Virus record (IMG/VR): IMGVR_UViG_3300034022_000278
Span: 1-64,000 of that record
Reading direction: 5' to 3' (one strand)
From: a virus
Length of the DNA stretch: 64,000 nt
Shown here: positions 28,249 through 39,172 of the stretch, in pieces
Position numbering within the stretch: the stretch's first letter is position 1
Layout: each line of letters starts with the position of its first letter
Program-made: the position numbers and the translations under genes
The notes under the pieces: generated by a model
Database searches by the model: none
Seen by the model: only the letters and a program-made list of their open reading frames with translations
What the model was told of the DNA's origin: nothing

Positions 28249-28260
28249 AAATTAAATGTT

Positions 28261-28362
28261 ATGAAAAATGAAAACTGGTGGAATGGTTTCCTAGTGGGAA
28301 TTATTATCGGAGGTGTGATTGGAATAATTATACTTGATTTAGTTCAACGAGGAATACTGTAA
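28261..28362 (+). CDS. 33-aa single-TM microprotein (not in track)
   Basis: MKNENWWNGFLVGIIIGGVIGIIILDLVQRGIL, located between tRNA-like elements. Confidence 0.45.
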   Translation: MKNENWWNGFLVGIIIGGVIGIIILDLVQRGIL

Positions 28363-28369
28363 AGAAAAT

Positions 28370-28526
28370 AGTCAGGTGGCGGAAATATGAGAGACGCAAG
28401 AGGTAGAGTTTGGTCTGTAACAGGGATAACTGGTGAGGACACATCTAACAATTTCACGGAGGGTCTAAAAAAGTGAAAGCGGAAAACCTAAGTTACGTGC
28501 AGGGGCAGTTCCTGTCCTGACTACTA
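28370..28526 (+). ncRNA. tRNA-scaffold RNA with ~90-nt insert replacing the anticodon arm
   Basis: Acceptor AGTCAGG/CCTGACT, D stem GCG/CGC, T stem GCAGG/CCTGT with an altered loop GGCAGTT. Confidence 0.55.
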
Positions 28527-28633
28527 ATTAAATTAAATAACAATGGAATATCTTATAATTGCAATTGTAGTATTTGCAGCATTTATTTTAAGTGAAGTAA
28601 ATCACTAATTATTAACCATCTAAAACAAAAGTT

Positions 28634-29182
28634 ATGAATTATAAATTTAATGAAGAGAAACTATCCTTTGAGGTATATACAAAGAATTATTTAAATGTAA
28701 TTCTAATTGTATTATTTACTGCATTAGTATCAGTTAGTGCTACATTATTAGTACAAACAAAAAAGTTAGATAGAATTAAATATGTAACTGAAGAAACAAG
28801 AATGTTGGTAATTCAACAAGAAAATGCGTTTAGTGAAGAAAAATTGAGAGAATATATTATTGGACTTAATGTAAAGTTTCCTCACATAGTATTTGCTCAA
28901 GCTAAGTTAGAATCAGGTTATTTTAAGTCAACTATTTTTAGAGAAAATAATAACTTATTCGGTATGAAGATAGCAACTAGAAGACCTACTACTAACAAAG
29001 GTGAAAACAGAGGGCATGCTGCATTTGATTCATGGAAAGAGTCTGTTGTAGATTATGCATTCTATCAAGCTAGATACTTAGGGGATATTAGGACAGAGGC
29101 AGAGTATATACAATATCTTAAAGCTAACTATGCTGAAGATCCAAAGTATATAGAAAAAGTAATTAAATTAAGTAGAAAATGA
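28634..29182 (+). CDS. Membrane-anchored glucosaminidase (GH73-like peptidoglycan hydrolase)
   Basis: N-terminal TM segment. Motifs AQAKLESG, NNLFGMK, FDSWKESVVDY, YAEDPKY. Confidence 0.75.
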   Translation: MNYKFNEEKLSFEVYTKNYLNVILIVLFTALVSVSATLLVQTKKLDRIKYVTEETRMLVIQQENAFSEEKLREYIIGLNVKFPHIVFAQAKLESGYFKSTIFRENNNLFGMKIATRRPTTNKGENRGHAAFDSWKESVVDYAFYQARYLGDIRTEAEYIQYLKANYAEDPKYIEKVIKLSRK

Positions 29183-31080
29183 GCCATACAAGAGTAAAAA
29201 CAACTTATAGTATAGAAGGATCATGGGGCAGTACTGAGACTAAAACTTTGTATTGCCACCATAACCATAGCTGTGATGTAACTACATTTTATGATGAAGA
29301 TGGTGACGTAACATCTATGTCATTTGCGGACTGGGAGTCAGGTCATGACTTATGGGACGCTATGCAGAAGTTATGGTTTCCATTTAAGGATGAATGGGGA
29401 GAAGAATTAAAAGATGGTGTAGAGCATTACTTTATACCACCTTGGGAAAATAAAACTAAATAATTATGACAAATAAAAACATTGATAAAGCAATAATGCA
29501 TTGTTATAGGGAGTTGTTTGCAAATGCAACTCCCGCAGCATCATTTGATGAGCTATTAAAGAACTCTACAGTAAATGAAAGAGGGCAAAGAGAAATACCT
29601 TTTATGGACTATGAAATAGAAGAGTCTGTCTTTGATGAAATAGTAGAAGATACTACTAAGCTTTATAAAATCAAACACAAGATTTTTAAGCAATCATTTA
29701 AAAATACAATATTATTTGGATGTAGTCCTAAATTTAAAAAATAAAAAGATGGAAGGAACATTAGTTAAAAAAGGTAAAAAATGGATTGTTAAGTATACTG
29801 AAGATGGTAACTTATTAGAAATGGAAGTTGATTCTTATCAAGCTGATGCTCTTAATGCATCTAAAAACAACCATAAAGTCGTATTTGAACAAATATGGAT
29901 TAAAGAAAAGAAATGGATAGCATTAATATCATTTAAAACTATTTAACATGAACAGCAAGACAATTACAATAGAGTTAGAAAACGTTCAACTAAATGTTGG
30001 ATATTACTTTACTGCAGCGTATGAATCTGATGAACAAGAGTTAGAAAATATGCATTTAGAATTAATTCACACTGTATCTGGAGATGATATAACTGAATTA
30101 TTACATCATTATGATGAGAAGATTAGAGAAATAATCTATGAGCAATTAAATCATTTAAATAATTAAAAGATGGAAGCAAAATTAATTAAAACAAAAGTTG
30201 GATATCATCTTTGGTTAAATCCTGAAACAAAAGAACAACAACATATTGCCTCAGACTGTGAAATAGTAAGTGATAATGGGGCAGATTTAAGAAAGTATAA
30301 ACTATCCCTCAAAAACTGTCAAGTAATTGAACGTGGTTATGATTTGGATGAGTTGGTTAAAGAACAATATCCTATTGATGAACCATCATTTAAAAGAGGG
30401 TTTAAATTATCACTTGAGGTAAATTCTGATAAAAGATTTACTTTAGAAGATATGATTAAATGTTTTAACGCTTCTATAGATGAAGGGTGGGTACGAGCAG
30501 ATTTTTACATTCAATCACTACAACAAACTGAATGGGATGTTGAGATAGTTATGGAAGATTCAATTGGAATTGGAGATAAGTACACTCCAAATACTAAACC
30601 AAAGTTAGATGCAGATGGTTGCATTATATTAAAACGTAAGATATGAAACAAAGAATAGCAGACTGGTTATTTAACTTTTGGTATAACAATCATACTCATC
30701 ATTGGGTTGCATTTGACCCAAATAGTTTAAGAGAAAAATGTAGATATTGTAAAGTAATTAAAACATAAGATATGGAACAAGAACTAAACTTAAATTGTTT
30801 TGATTGTAATAAATCATTACAAGATTGTGCTTGTATGGAAGATACAATTGATATGAAACAAGAAACACTAGAAGAAGTTGCATTAAGATTATACCCTGAA
30901 GAATGGAATTGGAGAGAAAAACGAATATTCAAAGAAGGCGCTAAATGGCAAGCAGAAAGAATGTATAGTGAGGAAGATATAAAAAATGCATTCCTTGAAG
31001 GTTGGGAGTTAAGAGATGGAGAATTAACTTTCCGTAAAGCTAAGAATAAATGGTTTAAACAATTTAAAAAAAATAGCTAA
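29179..31080 (+). CDS. Run of small hypothetical genes (29179-29463, 29466-29744, ~29749-29946, 29948-30166, 30170-30646, 30643-30768, 30772-31080)
   Basis: Tightly packed or overlapping ORFs with AT-rich leaders. 30772-31080 carries the KQETLEE...GAKWQAERMYSEED...QFKK motif. Confidence 0.6.
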
Positions 31081-31144
31081 GATATTAACCAAAACCATCA
31101 TAAATAGTAATAAATAGCTATTATAATGGCTAAAACAAACAATT

Positions 31145-31522
31145 ATGATTACAATTTTTAGAAATGGATATGTACTTTTATTAAGTTACAGTCCTTGCGA
31201 AGTCTTTACTTATTTTAATGTAAAAGAAATGCATGGCTTATCTTACATAGAATGTGATGCTTATGCAAATACAAAAGATAGTGCTTATATAGCAGGGTGG
31301 AGTAACTTTGTGCCTAAAGAATTTGGTGAATATACAAATGATAATCCAAGATATGTATTTATAAACTTGTCGAGGTGTGGTACAGACATTGAAACATTTG
31401 GATTGATTATGCATGAGTTAATGCATCAGTCTTTTCACATGCATAAAGATGAAGAGGACATAATCACATGGGCTGAGTTAGAGTCCTATGAAGTATTTAA
31501 ACTTGTAAAAGAAAACTTATGA
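31145..31522 (+). CDS. Small zincin-like protein
   Basis: HELMH motif followed by EE. Confidence 0.55.
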   Translation: MITIFRNGYVLLLSYSPCEVFTYFNVKEMHGLSYIECDAYANTKDSAYIAGWSNFVPKEFGEYTNDNPRYVFINLSRCGTDIETFGLIMHELMHQSFHMHKDEEDIITWAELESYEVFKLVKENL

Positions 31523-31686
31523 CAGCAGTAGAATGGTTAGTTGAGCAAATTAAACAGAATGTACATAATTCATTTGAAGAATTTGAATTGTTAATTGAAC
31601 AAGCAAAACAAATGGAAAAGCAGCAGATAAAAGAAGCATACCTAAGAGGCATTAAGAATTATGACCCAACCTTTAAATCAGAATAA
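31519..31686 (+). CDS. MTAVE-family small protein, paralog 1 (not in track)
   Basis: MTAVEWLVEQ...AKQMEKQQIKEAY...TFKSE. Confidence 0.65.
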   Translation: MTAVEWLVEQIKQNVHNSFEEFELLIEQAKQMEKQQIKEAYLRGIKNYDPTFKSE

Positions 31687-31687
31687 G

Positions 31688-31876
31688 ATGACAGCAGTAG
31701 AAACACTATTAGACTGGCTTGGTAAGAATCATTACTATATTGGAAATGACTTATTAGAAAAAGTTGAAGAACTTAAGGAAGTGGAGAAGCAACAGATAAT
31801 AGATGCGTATGAAACGAGCCATATATCAATGATGACAAGTGAGCAATATTATAATGAAACTTTTAAATCAGAATAA
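31688..31876 (+). CDS. MTAVE-family small protein, paralog 2
   Basis: MTAVETLLDW...EVEKQQIIDAY...ETFKSE. True start is at 31688. Confidence 0.65.
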   Translation: MTAVETLLDWLGKNHYYIGNDLLEKVEELKEVEKQQIIDAYETSHISMMTSEQYYNETFKSE

Positions 31877-31877
31877 T

Positions 31878-32534
31878 ATGGAGTTTGTATTAGGATTTGC
31901 AATAGGTGGGTTAAGCATGTTGATTTGGTTTAAGCTAACCTTAATTCAATGGAGAAAAGAACTTGAAGAGTTGAAAGACTTTGACACTTGGAAAGAATGG
32001 AAAAATAAAACAGAATAACTATGAAAAAATCAGATGAAAAAAGATTGCAGGCAGCTATTGAAGATATACTTTGGATGGCAGCAAGGTACGCACATGGAAG
32101 ACACACTTACGCACCATCTATGGTCCGATATTCAGTAGGAGTATTTAAAGATGTATTTCCAAACTTTAATATAAAACAAGACCATGTTATTGAGCCGTCA
32201 ACGGATATGTATTTTAGAAGTGATTATTTAGACGATATTTTTAATCATAAAATAGAATAATATGGAACAAGAAAATATTCCCTTAACTGAAGAATTACTC
32301 TTGAGTTTTGGATTTGAAAAAATAGTATACAATTCAGATGAAACTGGTTTTGGGGTAGACTATAAGTTAAAACATAAGGACTTCTTATTGGTATATTGCG
32401 ATGACTTCTCAATATGTATTATGGGACATGAAGATGATGTAGGTATAGCACCTGACATAGAATTATTTAGATATGTACATCAGTTACAGAATCTGTATTT
32501 TATACTATCAGGAGAACAATTAAAAACAAAATAA
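31878..32534 (+). CDS. Three small hypothetical genes (31878-32018, 32021-32260, 32262-32534)
   Basis: Spaced 1-2 nt apart. The third carries the IPLTEELL..FGF...YVHQLQNLYF motif. Confidence 0.6.
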
Positions 32535-32540
32535 CACAAA

Positions 32541-33026
32541 GTGTGTTACACAAAATGTAGAATTATGAAGAAAACAGAAAAAGTAATGTACATAGGTAAC
32601 GGCTTTGGATCGTTACTATGGGGAACATGGTATAATCTTATCAAAGAGTATGACAATGATTATTTAGTATTTGATGAGTATGGCAATGAGGCTGCAATCC
32701 CAAAGAAAGACTTTGCGGATAGAGATATTGAATCTAATGTAATAGCAGAGCAAGAATTAATAGCAAAACAAAGAGCAAGGAGTTATATGATGTTGAAAGA
32801 TGGATATAGACTTAAAGAAGAAGCTCAAGATGTTGTTCAAAAAGATGTTCATTATGATAATAGTAACGGTAGCTTATACTTATTTGCTCAACAACATGAA
32901 CTTAATGCTTGGGAATTTGATATCATAAAAAGAGTGGTTAGATGTAGAGAAAAAGGATACTTTCATGAGGATTTAGCTAAGACCATAAGAGTTATTGAAC
33001 TTTATTTAAAAGAACATAAATTATGA
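32541..33026 (+). CDS. DUF3310/SaV-like domain protein
   Basis: C-terminal HYD...AWEFDIIKRVVRCREKG..EDLAK..VIELY pattern. Confidence 0.55.
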   Translation: MCYTKCRIMKKTEKVMYIGNGFGSLLWGTWYNLIKEYDNDYLVFDEYGNEAAIPKKDFADRDIESNVIAEQELIAKQRARSYMMLKDGYRLKEEAQDVVQKDVHYDNSNGSLYLFAQQHELNAWEFDIIKRVVRCREKGYFHEDLAKTIRVIELYLKEHKL

Positions 33027-34765
33027 CACCAAAAGAAAAAGCATTTGAGTTAGTAGAAAAGTATACAAATGTAAGATGGGATATTGACCCTGATACTGCA
33101 AAACAATGCGCCCGAATTGCAATAGATGAAATATTAGGCTATATGGGTGCGGATAGAGGTACTGAGTTTTGGCAGGAAGTTAAATCCGAAATCGAAAAGT
33201 TATGAAAGGAATAAAAGAACAGACTATAGCTTTAATAGATGAGTTTGAAGGTTTACGTAGTCCTAAGATGTCAGATTATTCAAACATAGAATATCCAACA
33301 GCAGAATTATGCGCACTTGTTGTAGTTAAGTATATACTAAAAGCACTAGATCCAGAAGATTATATTGCAAGAGATTATTGGTTAGAAATTGAAAATGAAT
33401 TAAAAGAAGAAGAATGAAAAAGTTATTATTATTAGTAGTATTAGCATTAGTAATGCTATCCTGCAAGAAAGAAGTGTGTAACTGCGGTGTTATACAAAGT
33501 GATAGTGTCTATGACTATTCAGTAGTTATAAGAAACAGTTGTTCTAAGAACAACAAAACATTCTACCTTAGTGAAGGAGATTGGATGAATGCTCATCCTG
33601 GAGATAATTATTGTATTACTAATGTAGATTCTTGGTAATTATGAAAAAGTTATTATTAATAGTGGTTTTACTGTTTAGTATAAACAGTTTTTCTCAAAGT
33701 ATTATAAAGGCATCTGCTGCACAAATAGGATACTGGAATACAAATACAGATAAATATGACTGGAAAGCTACTGTAAAAACTACTATCACATTTACAATAC
33801 AAAATGGATATATGTTTAGTACAGATAAAAACAATTCTGTATATGAGATAGTTTCATTAGAAAGTACTAATGGTACAGAAGGAGTGTGGAATGCAACAGA
33901 TGATGTTGGAGATGACTGTAGTATTATATTAAAATATAATGCTGATGAACCAAATATACTTGCAATAGTTTATGATAACTTTTGTGTTAGATATTATTTT
34001 GAATAGTATAAATTTATTAAAATAAAGTATGAAATTATATGATGTACCTAGATATTCTAGAGTAAAGGTTGAAGGTTTAGAAGTATTTGCTAAACCTGTA
34101 GGTGAATTTAACTTTTTATATGTAGATGGAATGTATTCTACATGTAAAGATGATAATGGAGAATTATTTCATCTAATGGCTGATACAGAAGTAGAGTTAG
34201 TGTGTTCCATGAAGGAACATGATTTAAAATCTTTAAATAGTTAAACATGGCATTAATAGTAATCAGTATACTCTGCATTTTAATTTGTGGAGTTATTTTA
34301 ATTGGCTTTGCAAAAAGCATCTATGACGATTTAGATAAAAATGAATCTTAATTAAAAATTATGAAAGCAGAAATAATAAAAAATGGAACTCTTCAGATTG
34401 TTTTAACACCTGAAGACGATTTAGACAGAGCAGCATTAGCTATGATGTCTAAAAGCGGAGGTATAGAATCTACTATTATAGATTCACAAACTCAAGTATT
34501 AAATAAAATAATCCACGAGGGATTAATTATAAGCACAAAGAGTGTAGTAAATAATCAGTAAACAAAAATCAAAAACATGAACAAATTATTTAAAATTGTA
34601 GAAGTAAACGGTAAATTTATCGTGATGGTTAGTACTAAAAATCCTATTTGGAAATTTTGGGCTAAACAAACTTATGAAATAGCTATTCAAAAGAATGGCA
34701 GTCGTTGTGTGTATGATCGTTTGCGTTTTGCAAAGACATATATTACTTTACAGGGCAAAATTTAA
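33023..34765 (+). CDS. Run of small genes (33023-33205, 33202-33417, lipoprotein-like 33414-33638, secreted 33641-34006, 34029-34244, TM 34247-34351, 34361-34561, 34577-34765)
   Basis: Overlapping starts and stops. MKKLLL...MLSC lipobox-like signal and MKKLLL...SFSQ signal peptide. Confidence 0.6.
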
Positions 34766-34774
34766 TATTCTTTA

Positions 34775-36784
34775 ATGATTTATTTAGTAACTAATCAGCA
34801 GTCGTTATTTACGGCTGCTGGTTATTCTATGGCTACTGTTGAAGAATCCCTAAAGTATCTAGAGACACTAGATGTAATAGGTTTTGATACAGAAACTAGA
34901 GGAATGGACCCATTCACAAAAGATTTACTAAGTATGCAATTAGGCGATGAACAACGTCAATATGTAGTAGATTGTTTAACTGTTAGCCCAGTGCTGTATA
35001 AAGACTTGTTAGAACGTAAAGTTTTAATAATGCATAATGCTAAGTTTGACCTTAGATTCTTGCTGTATTATGGTATTGTATCTACTAAGATATTTGATAC
35101 TTTCTTAGTAGAAAGAATTCTAACAACAGGTTTAGATACAGTAAGAAGATCTCTAGATGCAGTAGTATATAGATATTGTAAAATAGAATTAGATAAGACT
35201 ATACGAGGTAATATTCATAGAGAAGGTTTATCTACAAGAGTTATTAAATATGCTGCTGATGATGTTAAGTATTTACATCAAGTTAAAAGAAAGCAAGAAG
35301 TAGCTCTTGAGAATAATTTCCTAACAAGAACTGCTTCTTTAGATAATGAATTCGTAGTATGCTTGGCATATATCGAGTTTTGTGGTATGTATATGAATCC
35401 TACAGATTGGAGAAGTAAATGCGATGATGATTTAAAAGATTTATTAGCGGTACAAGAAACTTTGGATAATTTTATTCTAGATAATTCTGCTACTTATTCT
35501 AAATTTATTGATAATCAATTATCTCTATTTGCTTCTGGTATTAAATGTAAACTTAATTGGGCATCGTCTAAGCAAGTTATTCCGTTTATGCAATCTTTGG
35601 GTGTAGACACATTGACTAAGGACAAAGAAACAGGCTTGATGAAAGATTCTATAGACAAGAAAGTTTTAGGCCCGCAAAAGAAAAAGCATCCTATTATTTC
35701 TACATATATAGAGTATACTGAATCGCAGAAAGAAGTTAGTACTTACGGTGAAAACTGGTTTAATTATATTAATAGTGCAACTGGAAGAGTGCATACTAAT
35801 TATAATCAAATTATGAACACTGGCAGACTATCTAGTGGTCAAAAGGGCATGCCTAAGAAAGGAATAGCTCAAATGCCTAACATGCAGAATATACCAAGTG
35901 ATAATAGAACTAGAGGCTGCTTTCAAGCAGAGAAAGGTAATATGTTAGTAGTAAGTGATTATGCAGGTCAAGAGCAAATAGTATTAGCCAACAAGTCCTT
36001 AGATAAGGATTTACTTGAGTTTTATGCTAAAGGTCTTGGGGACATGCATAGTTTTATAGCATCGAAGATATTTCCAGAATTAGGAGATTTAAGTCTAGAT
36101 GAAATAAAAGATAATCATAAAGGTAAAAGACAGATTGCTAAGGGTGCAGGTTTTGCTATTAATTATGGCGGAACAGGAATGACTATTGCGCAGAATCTAA
36201 ATATATCTATGACTGAAGGTGAGGAAGTTTATAAAGCTTACTTTAAAGCATTTCCTGGATTAGCTAATTATTTCAAAGTAGAAAAGAAAAGAGCATTAGA
36301 ATTAGGTTATATTCAATTTAATAATATAAGCGGTAGAAAATGTTTTATTCCTTTCTTTGAGGAGTTTAAGAAACTTCACGGTGAGATATACGAAACAGAT
36401 GGATTTTGGGATGATTATAAGTTAGAAAAGAGTAAAAACTCTCATACTTTCCTTAATTATTTTAAACCTAAAGTACGAGAATACTTTATGAAAAAGGGAG
36501 ATATCGAAAGAATGTCTTTAAATTATCCTGTGCAAGGTAGTAGCGCAGACATTACTAAATTAGCTGGTATCTATTTCTTTAGATATTTGGTAGAGAAAGA
36601 TTTAGTATTTAAAGTAAAACTACCTAATGTAGTTCACGATGAATGGTTAGTAGAGTGTCCAGAAGAGATGGCACAAGATATGGCGGATGTCCTACAAGAT
36701 TGTATGGAAAAAGCAGGTGAAGTATTCTGTAAGACAGTAAAGTTGAAAGCAGAACCGATGATAACTAAAACTTGGAAACATTAA
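34775..36784 (+). CDS. polA: DNA polymerase family A with 3'-5' exonuclease
   Basis: Exonuclease motifs FDTET, HNAKFD, YAADD. Polymerase motifs SDYAGQE, RQIAKGAGFAINYG, VHDEW. Confidence 0.95.
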   Translation: MIYLVTNQQSLFTAAGYSMATVEESLKYLETLDVIGFDTETRGMDPFTKDLLSMQLGDEQRQYVVDCLTVSPVLYKDLLERKVLIMHNAKFDLRFLLYYGIVSTKIFDTFLVERILTTGLDTVRRSLDAVVYRYCKIELDKTIRGNIHREGLSTRVIKYAADDVKYLHQVKRKQEVALENNFLTRTASLDNEFVVCLAYIEFCGMYMNPTDWRSKCDDDLKDLLAVQETLDNFILDNSATYSKFIDNQLSLFASGIKCKLNWASSKQVIPFMQSLGVDTLTKDKETGLMKDSIDKKVLGPQKKKHPIISTYIEYTESQKEVSTYGENWFNYINSATGRVHTNYNQIMNTGRLSSGQKGMPKKGIAQMPNMQNIPSDNRTRGCFQAEKGNMLVVSDYAGQEQIVLANKSLDKDLLEFYAKGLGDMHSFIASKIFPELGDLSLDEIKDNHKGKRQIAKGAGFAINYGGTGMTIAQNLNISMTEGEEVYKAYFKAFPGLANYFKVEKKRALELGYIQFNNISGRKCFIPFFEEFKKLHGEIYETDGFWDDYKLEKSKNSHTFLNYFKPKVREYFMKKGDIERMSLNYPVQGSSADITKLAGIYFFRYLVEKDLVFKVKLPNVVHDEWLVECPEEMAQDMADVLQDCMEKAGEVFCKTVKLKAEPMITKTWKH

Positions 36785-36785
36785 G

Positions 36786-37259
36786 ATGAAAAAAGGTAGA
36801 ATTGCTAAAGTACAAAAAATTTCTTTTGAAGATAGATTATTAAAATTAAAAGAAGAATTAATTCTATTAGATAGTATTGCGCATTTACATAATTATTTTA
36901 AACATTGCAAATTGCATAAGAATAGTTATATAGTAGAATTGCGTAGAATAGTGGCATTAGAATTAATAGTTAAAGGAATTTCTTATTCAGAAATTGGTAG
37001 AATATTATCTAGAGATCATAGTAGCATACTTAGTTTACTACATTTAGATAGTCATACTAGTGTGCATTTAGAAGTTAAGGCTAATTATCTTGAATGGATA
37101 GAAAAAGGTTTATATCCTATTACTTATACAAAGAGAGTACCTTCTGCAGATCATAAGGACGGTTGGAAGAGTATAGTTATGTATGAATTAAAAGAATTAA
37201 AAGATGACGAAAAGGGAAAAAATACAAAAAGAAGCTACTTTAGAGGCAGTAAAGAATAA
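36786..37259 (+). CDS. DnaA-C-terminal-like HTH protein
   Basis: SYSEIGRILSRDHSSILSLL resembles the DnaA domain IV signature. Confidence 0.6.
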   Translation: MKKGRIAKVQKISFEDRLLKLKEELILLDSIAHLHNYFKHCKLHKNSYIVELRRIVALELIVKGISYSEIGRILSRDHSSILSLLHLDSHTSVHLEVKANYLEWIEKGLYPITYTKRVPSADHKDGWKSIVMYELKELKDDEKGKNTKRSYFRGSKE

Positions 37260-38292
37260 ATTCAATGGTATTCTTTTTGTTAGTCCCAGGGTAGGTAAAT
37301 GCAAAATAACGATTGATGCTTTAAATACTGTGGATAAGGCAATTAAGGTGTTAATTGTGGCACCTCAATTGTCTATTTTAGAGGATTGGAAGGTAGAAAT
37401 TGTTAAATGGAATCTTGTAGATAACATTGATGTAGAATATGTTTGGAGCAATAGTTTGAAGAAAATAAATGCTGGTGCTTATCATCTAATTATTGCTGAT
37501 GAGTGTCATAGTTATAATCTAAAGGTACTTGCACAATTGCGTCTACATCAAATAAAAGGTAGTAGAATTTTAGGATTAACTGGAACTTTAACACAACAAG
37601 ATGAGTTTAATTTAAATAATATTCTTACCTTAGCTCCCTTCTTCACATATACTTTCGAGCAAGCTATCAAGGACAAAATTATTGCAGATTATGAAATAAT
37701 TTGTGTCGCTGTAGATTTGGATAATACTGAAAAATATGTATTAGGAGGGTCAGAGGCCGCGCCTTTTTATCAAACAGAGAAAGATGCTTATAATTATTGG
37801 GATACTGCTTATAAAACGGCTGTACACAAGGGTAGGTACAAAAATCTAAGATTCTTAATGTCTAAAAGAACAGGAATTATTTATAATTCTAAAGCTAAAT
37901 TAGATGCTACTGTAGGAATAGTAGGTTCGATAAAAGGTAGGTGCTTGATATTTACAGGTAGGCAAGAAATTGCCAATCAAATAGGCGATGGATGCTTTCA
38001 CAGTAAAGCTGATAAGTCTTCTTTAGAAGATTTTAAAACTGGCAAGATTAATAAATTATCTGTTATTTCTATGATTTCTATGGGCATTACTATTCCTAAT
38101 TTAAAGATAGCAGTGTTCAATCAATTGAAAAGTGTAGAGAGTCTTTGTATTCAGCAAACAATGCGTGCTATGAATCTTCAAGGTAAATCTAAAGCCAAGA
38201 TATATATACTATATCTTAAAGGCACTCAAGACGAAGTATGGATGAATTCTGCATTACAAGGATTTGAAAAAACTAAAATTAAATGGATATGA
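37204..38292 (+). CDS. Superfamily 2 helicase
   Basis: SPRVGKC, IADECH, GLTGT, SMGITIP, QQTMR. Confidence 0.85.
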   Translation: MTKREKIQKEATLEAVKNKFNGILFVSPRVGKCKITIDALNTVDKAIKVLIVAPQLSILEDWKVEIVKWNLVDNIDVEYVWSNSLKKINAGAYHLIIADECHSYNLKVLAQLRLHQIKGSRILGLTGTLTQQDEFNLNNILTLAPFFTYTFEQAIKDKIIADYEIICVAVDLDNTEKYVLGGSEAAPFYQTEKDAYNYWDTAYKTAVHKGRYKNLRFLMSKRTGIIYNSKAKLDATVGIVGSIKGRCLIFTGRQEIANQIGDGCFHSKADKSSLEDFKTGKINKLSVISMISMGITIPNLKIAVFNQLKSVESLCIQQTMRAMNLQGKSKAKIYILYLKGTQDEVWMNSALQGFEKTKIKWI

Positions 38293-38603
38293 AATTTGAT
38301 AGTATTAACGAATGGTCTAGGTCTATAAAAGATAGATTAGACATTGCAGTAGAAGACGATAAACTGTTACAATTAACAGAAATGGTACTTAATAAAAAAA
38401 TAAAGTATGATTTTATGGGATTTGTAACTTTTGATGAGCCTAGATTTGATCTTATAACTGCTTTAGAAATAGATATAATAGCAGATGAAATAGAATTAGC
38501 AGTATTGCGAGAAGAAATATTTCTATCTAAATTTAATTGCTATGATGTTGAAGAATTGTTAGATAAATTAATATATGGGTATGAAGATAGAGCTTACAAT
38601 TGA
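38283..38603 (+). CDS. Hypothetical protein
   Basis: 106-aa acidic ORF overlapping its neighbours. Confidence 0.55.
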   Translation: MDMKFDSINEWSRSIKDRLDIAVEDDKLLQLTEMVLNKKIKYDFMGFVTFDEPRFDLITALEIDIIADEIELAVLREEIFLSKFNCYDVEELLDKLIYGYEDRAYN

Positions 38604-39153
38604 GAAAATGGTTGAAAAGCAATTATTACCTAATCAGGTAATATTATTGTTGTTAATGTATAACCAAAAGTTTAATGAGATTAAGAGTTTATTCGGTATA
38701 AAGGAAGCAATTATTATTAGAGATAGTTTAGTAGGTACTCCGTACATATTAAATACTACAGGTAGCAATATAAAATTCATGGAAACTCTTATTAGCAGAG
38801 AAAATGTTGCAGATTTATTGGGAATTAAAACGGATGCTAATATTAATTTCTGGGAATTTTATAATTGTTATCCTGTAAAAGTTGGCTCTAGAGTATTGCG
38901 CGCATCGGGCCCTACTTCACAGTTAGCATTAAAGCATGAGAAGAAATATCTAATGCGTGTTAAAACTAATGAGAGCCATCTTAAGGCTATAGCAAGTATT
39001 AGTGCTTATGTGGCTAAACAGAAGTCTAGTGGTAAGTTAGAATTTTTGCAGAATATGGAAACTGTATTAAACAACAGTTCTTGGGAACAATGGGAAGTAT
39101 TTATTCAAGAAAGCGGAAAGGAGGAAGAGGAGTGGAATAGCACAACTATTTAA
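38575..39153 (+). CDS. Replisome organiser/helicase loader-like protein
   Basis: FWEFYNCYPVK...LQNMETVLNNSSWE, directly upstream of DnaB. Confidence 0.55.
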   Translation: MGMKIELTIEKMVEKQLLPNQVILLLLMYNQKFNEIKSLFGIKEAIIIRDSLVGTPYILNTTGSNIKFMETLISRENVADLLGIKTDANINFWEFYNCYPVKVGSRVLRASGPTSQLALKHEKKYLMRVKTNESHLKAIASISAYVAKQKSSGKLEFLQNMETVLNNSSWEQWEVFIQESGKEEEEWNSTTI

Positions 39154-39172
39154 ATTTAAACAAATAAAAATT

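Noticed and set aside
34775-36784. Intein, intron or unusual motif B substitution in PolA
   Set aside because: Length and motifs are normal, and motif B has the standard Phe.
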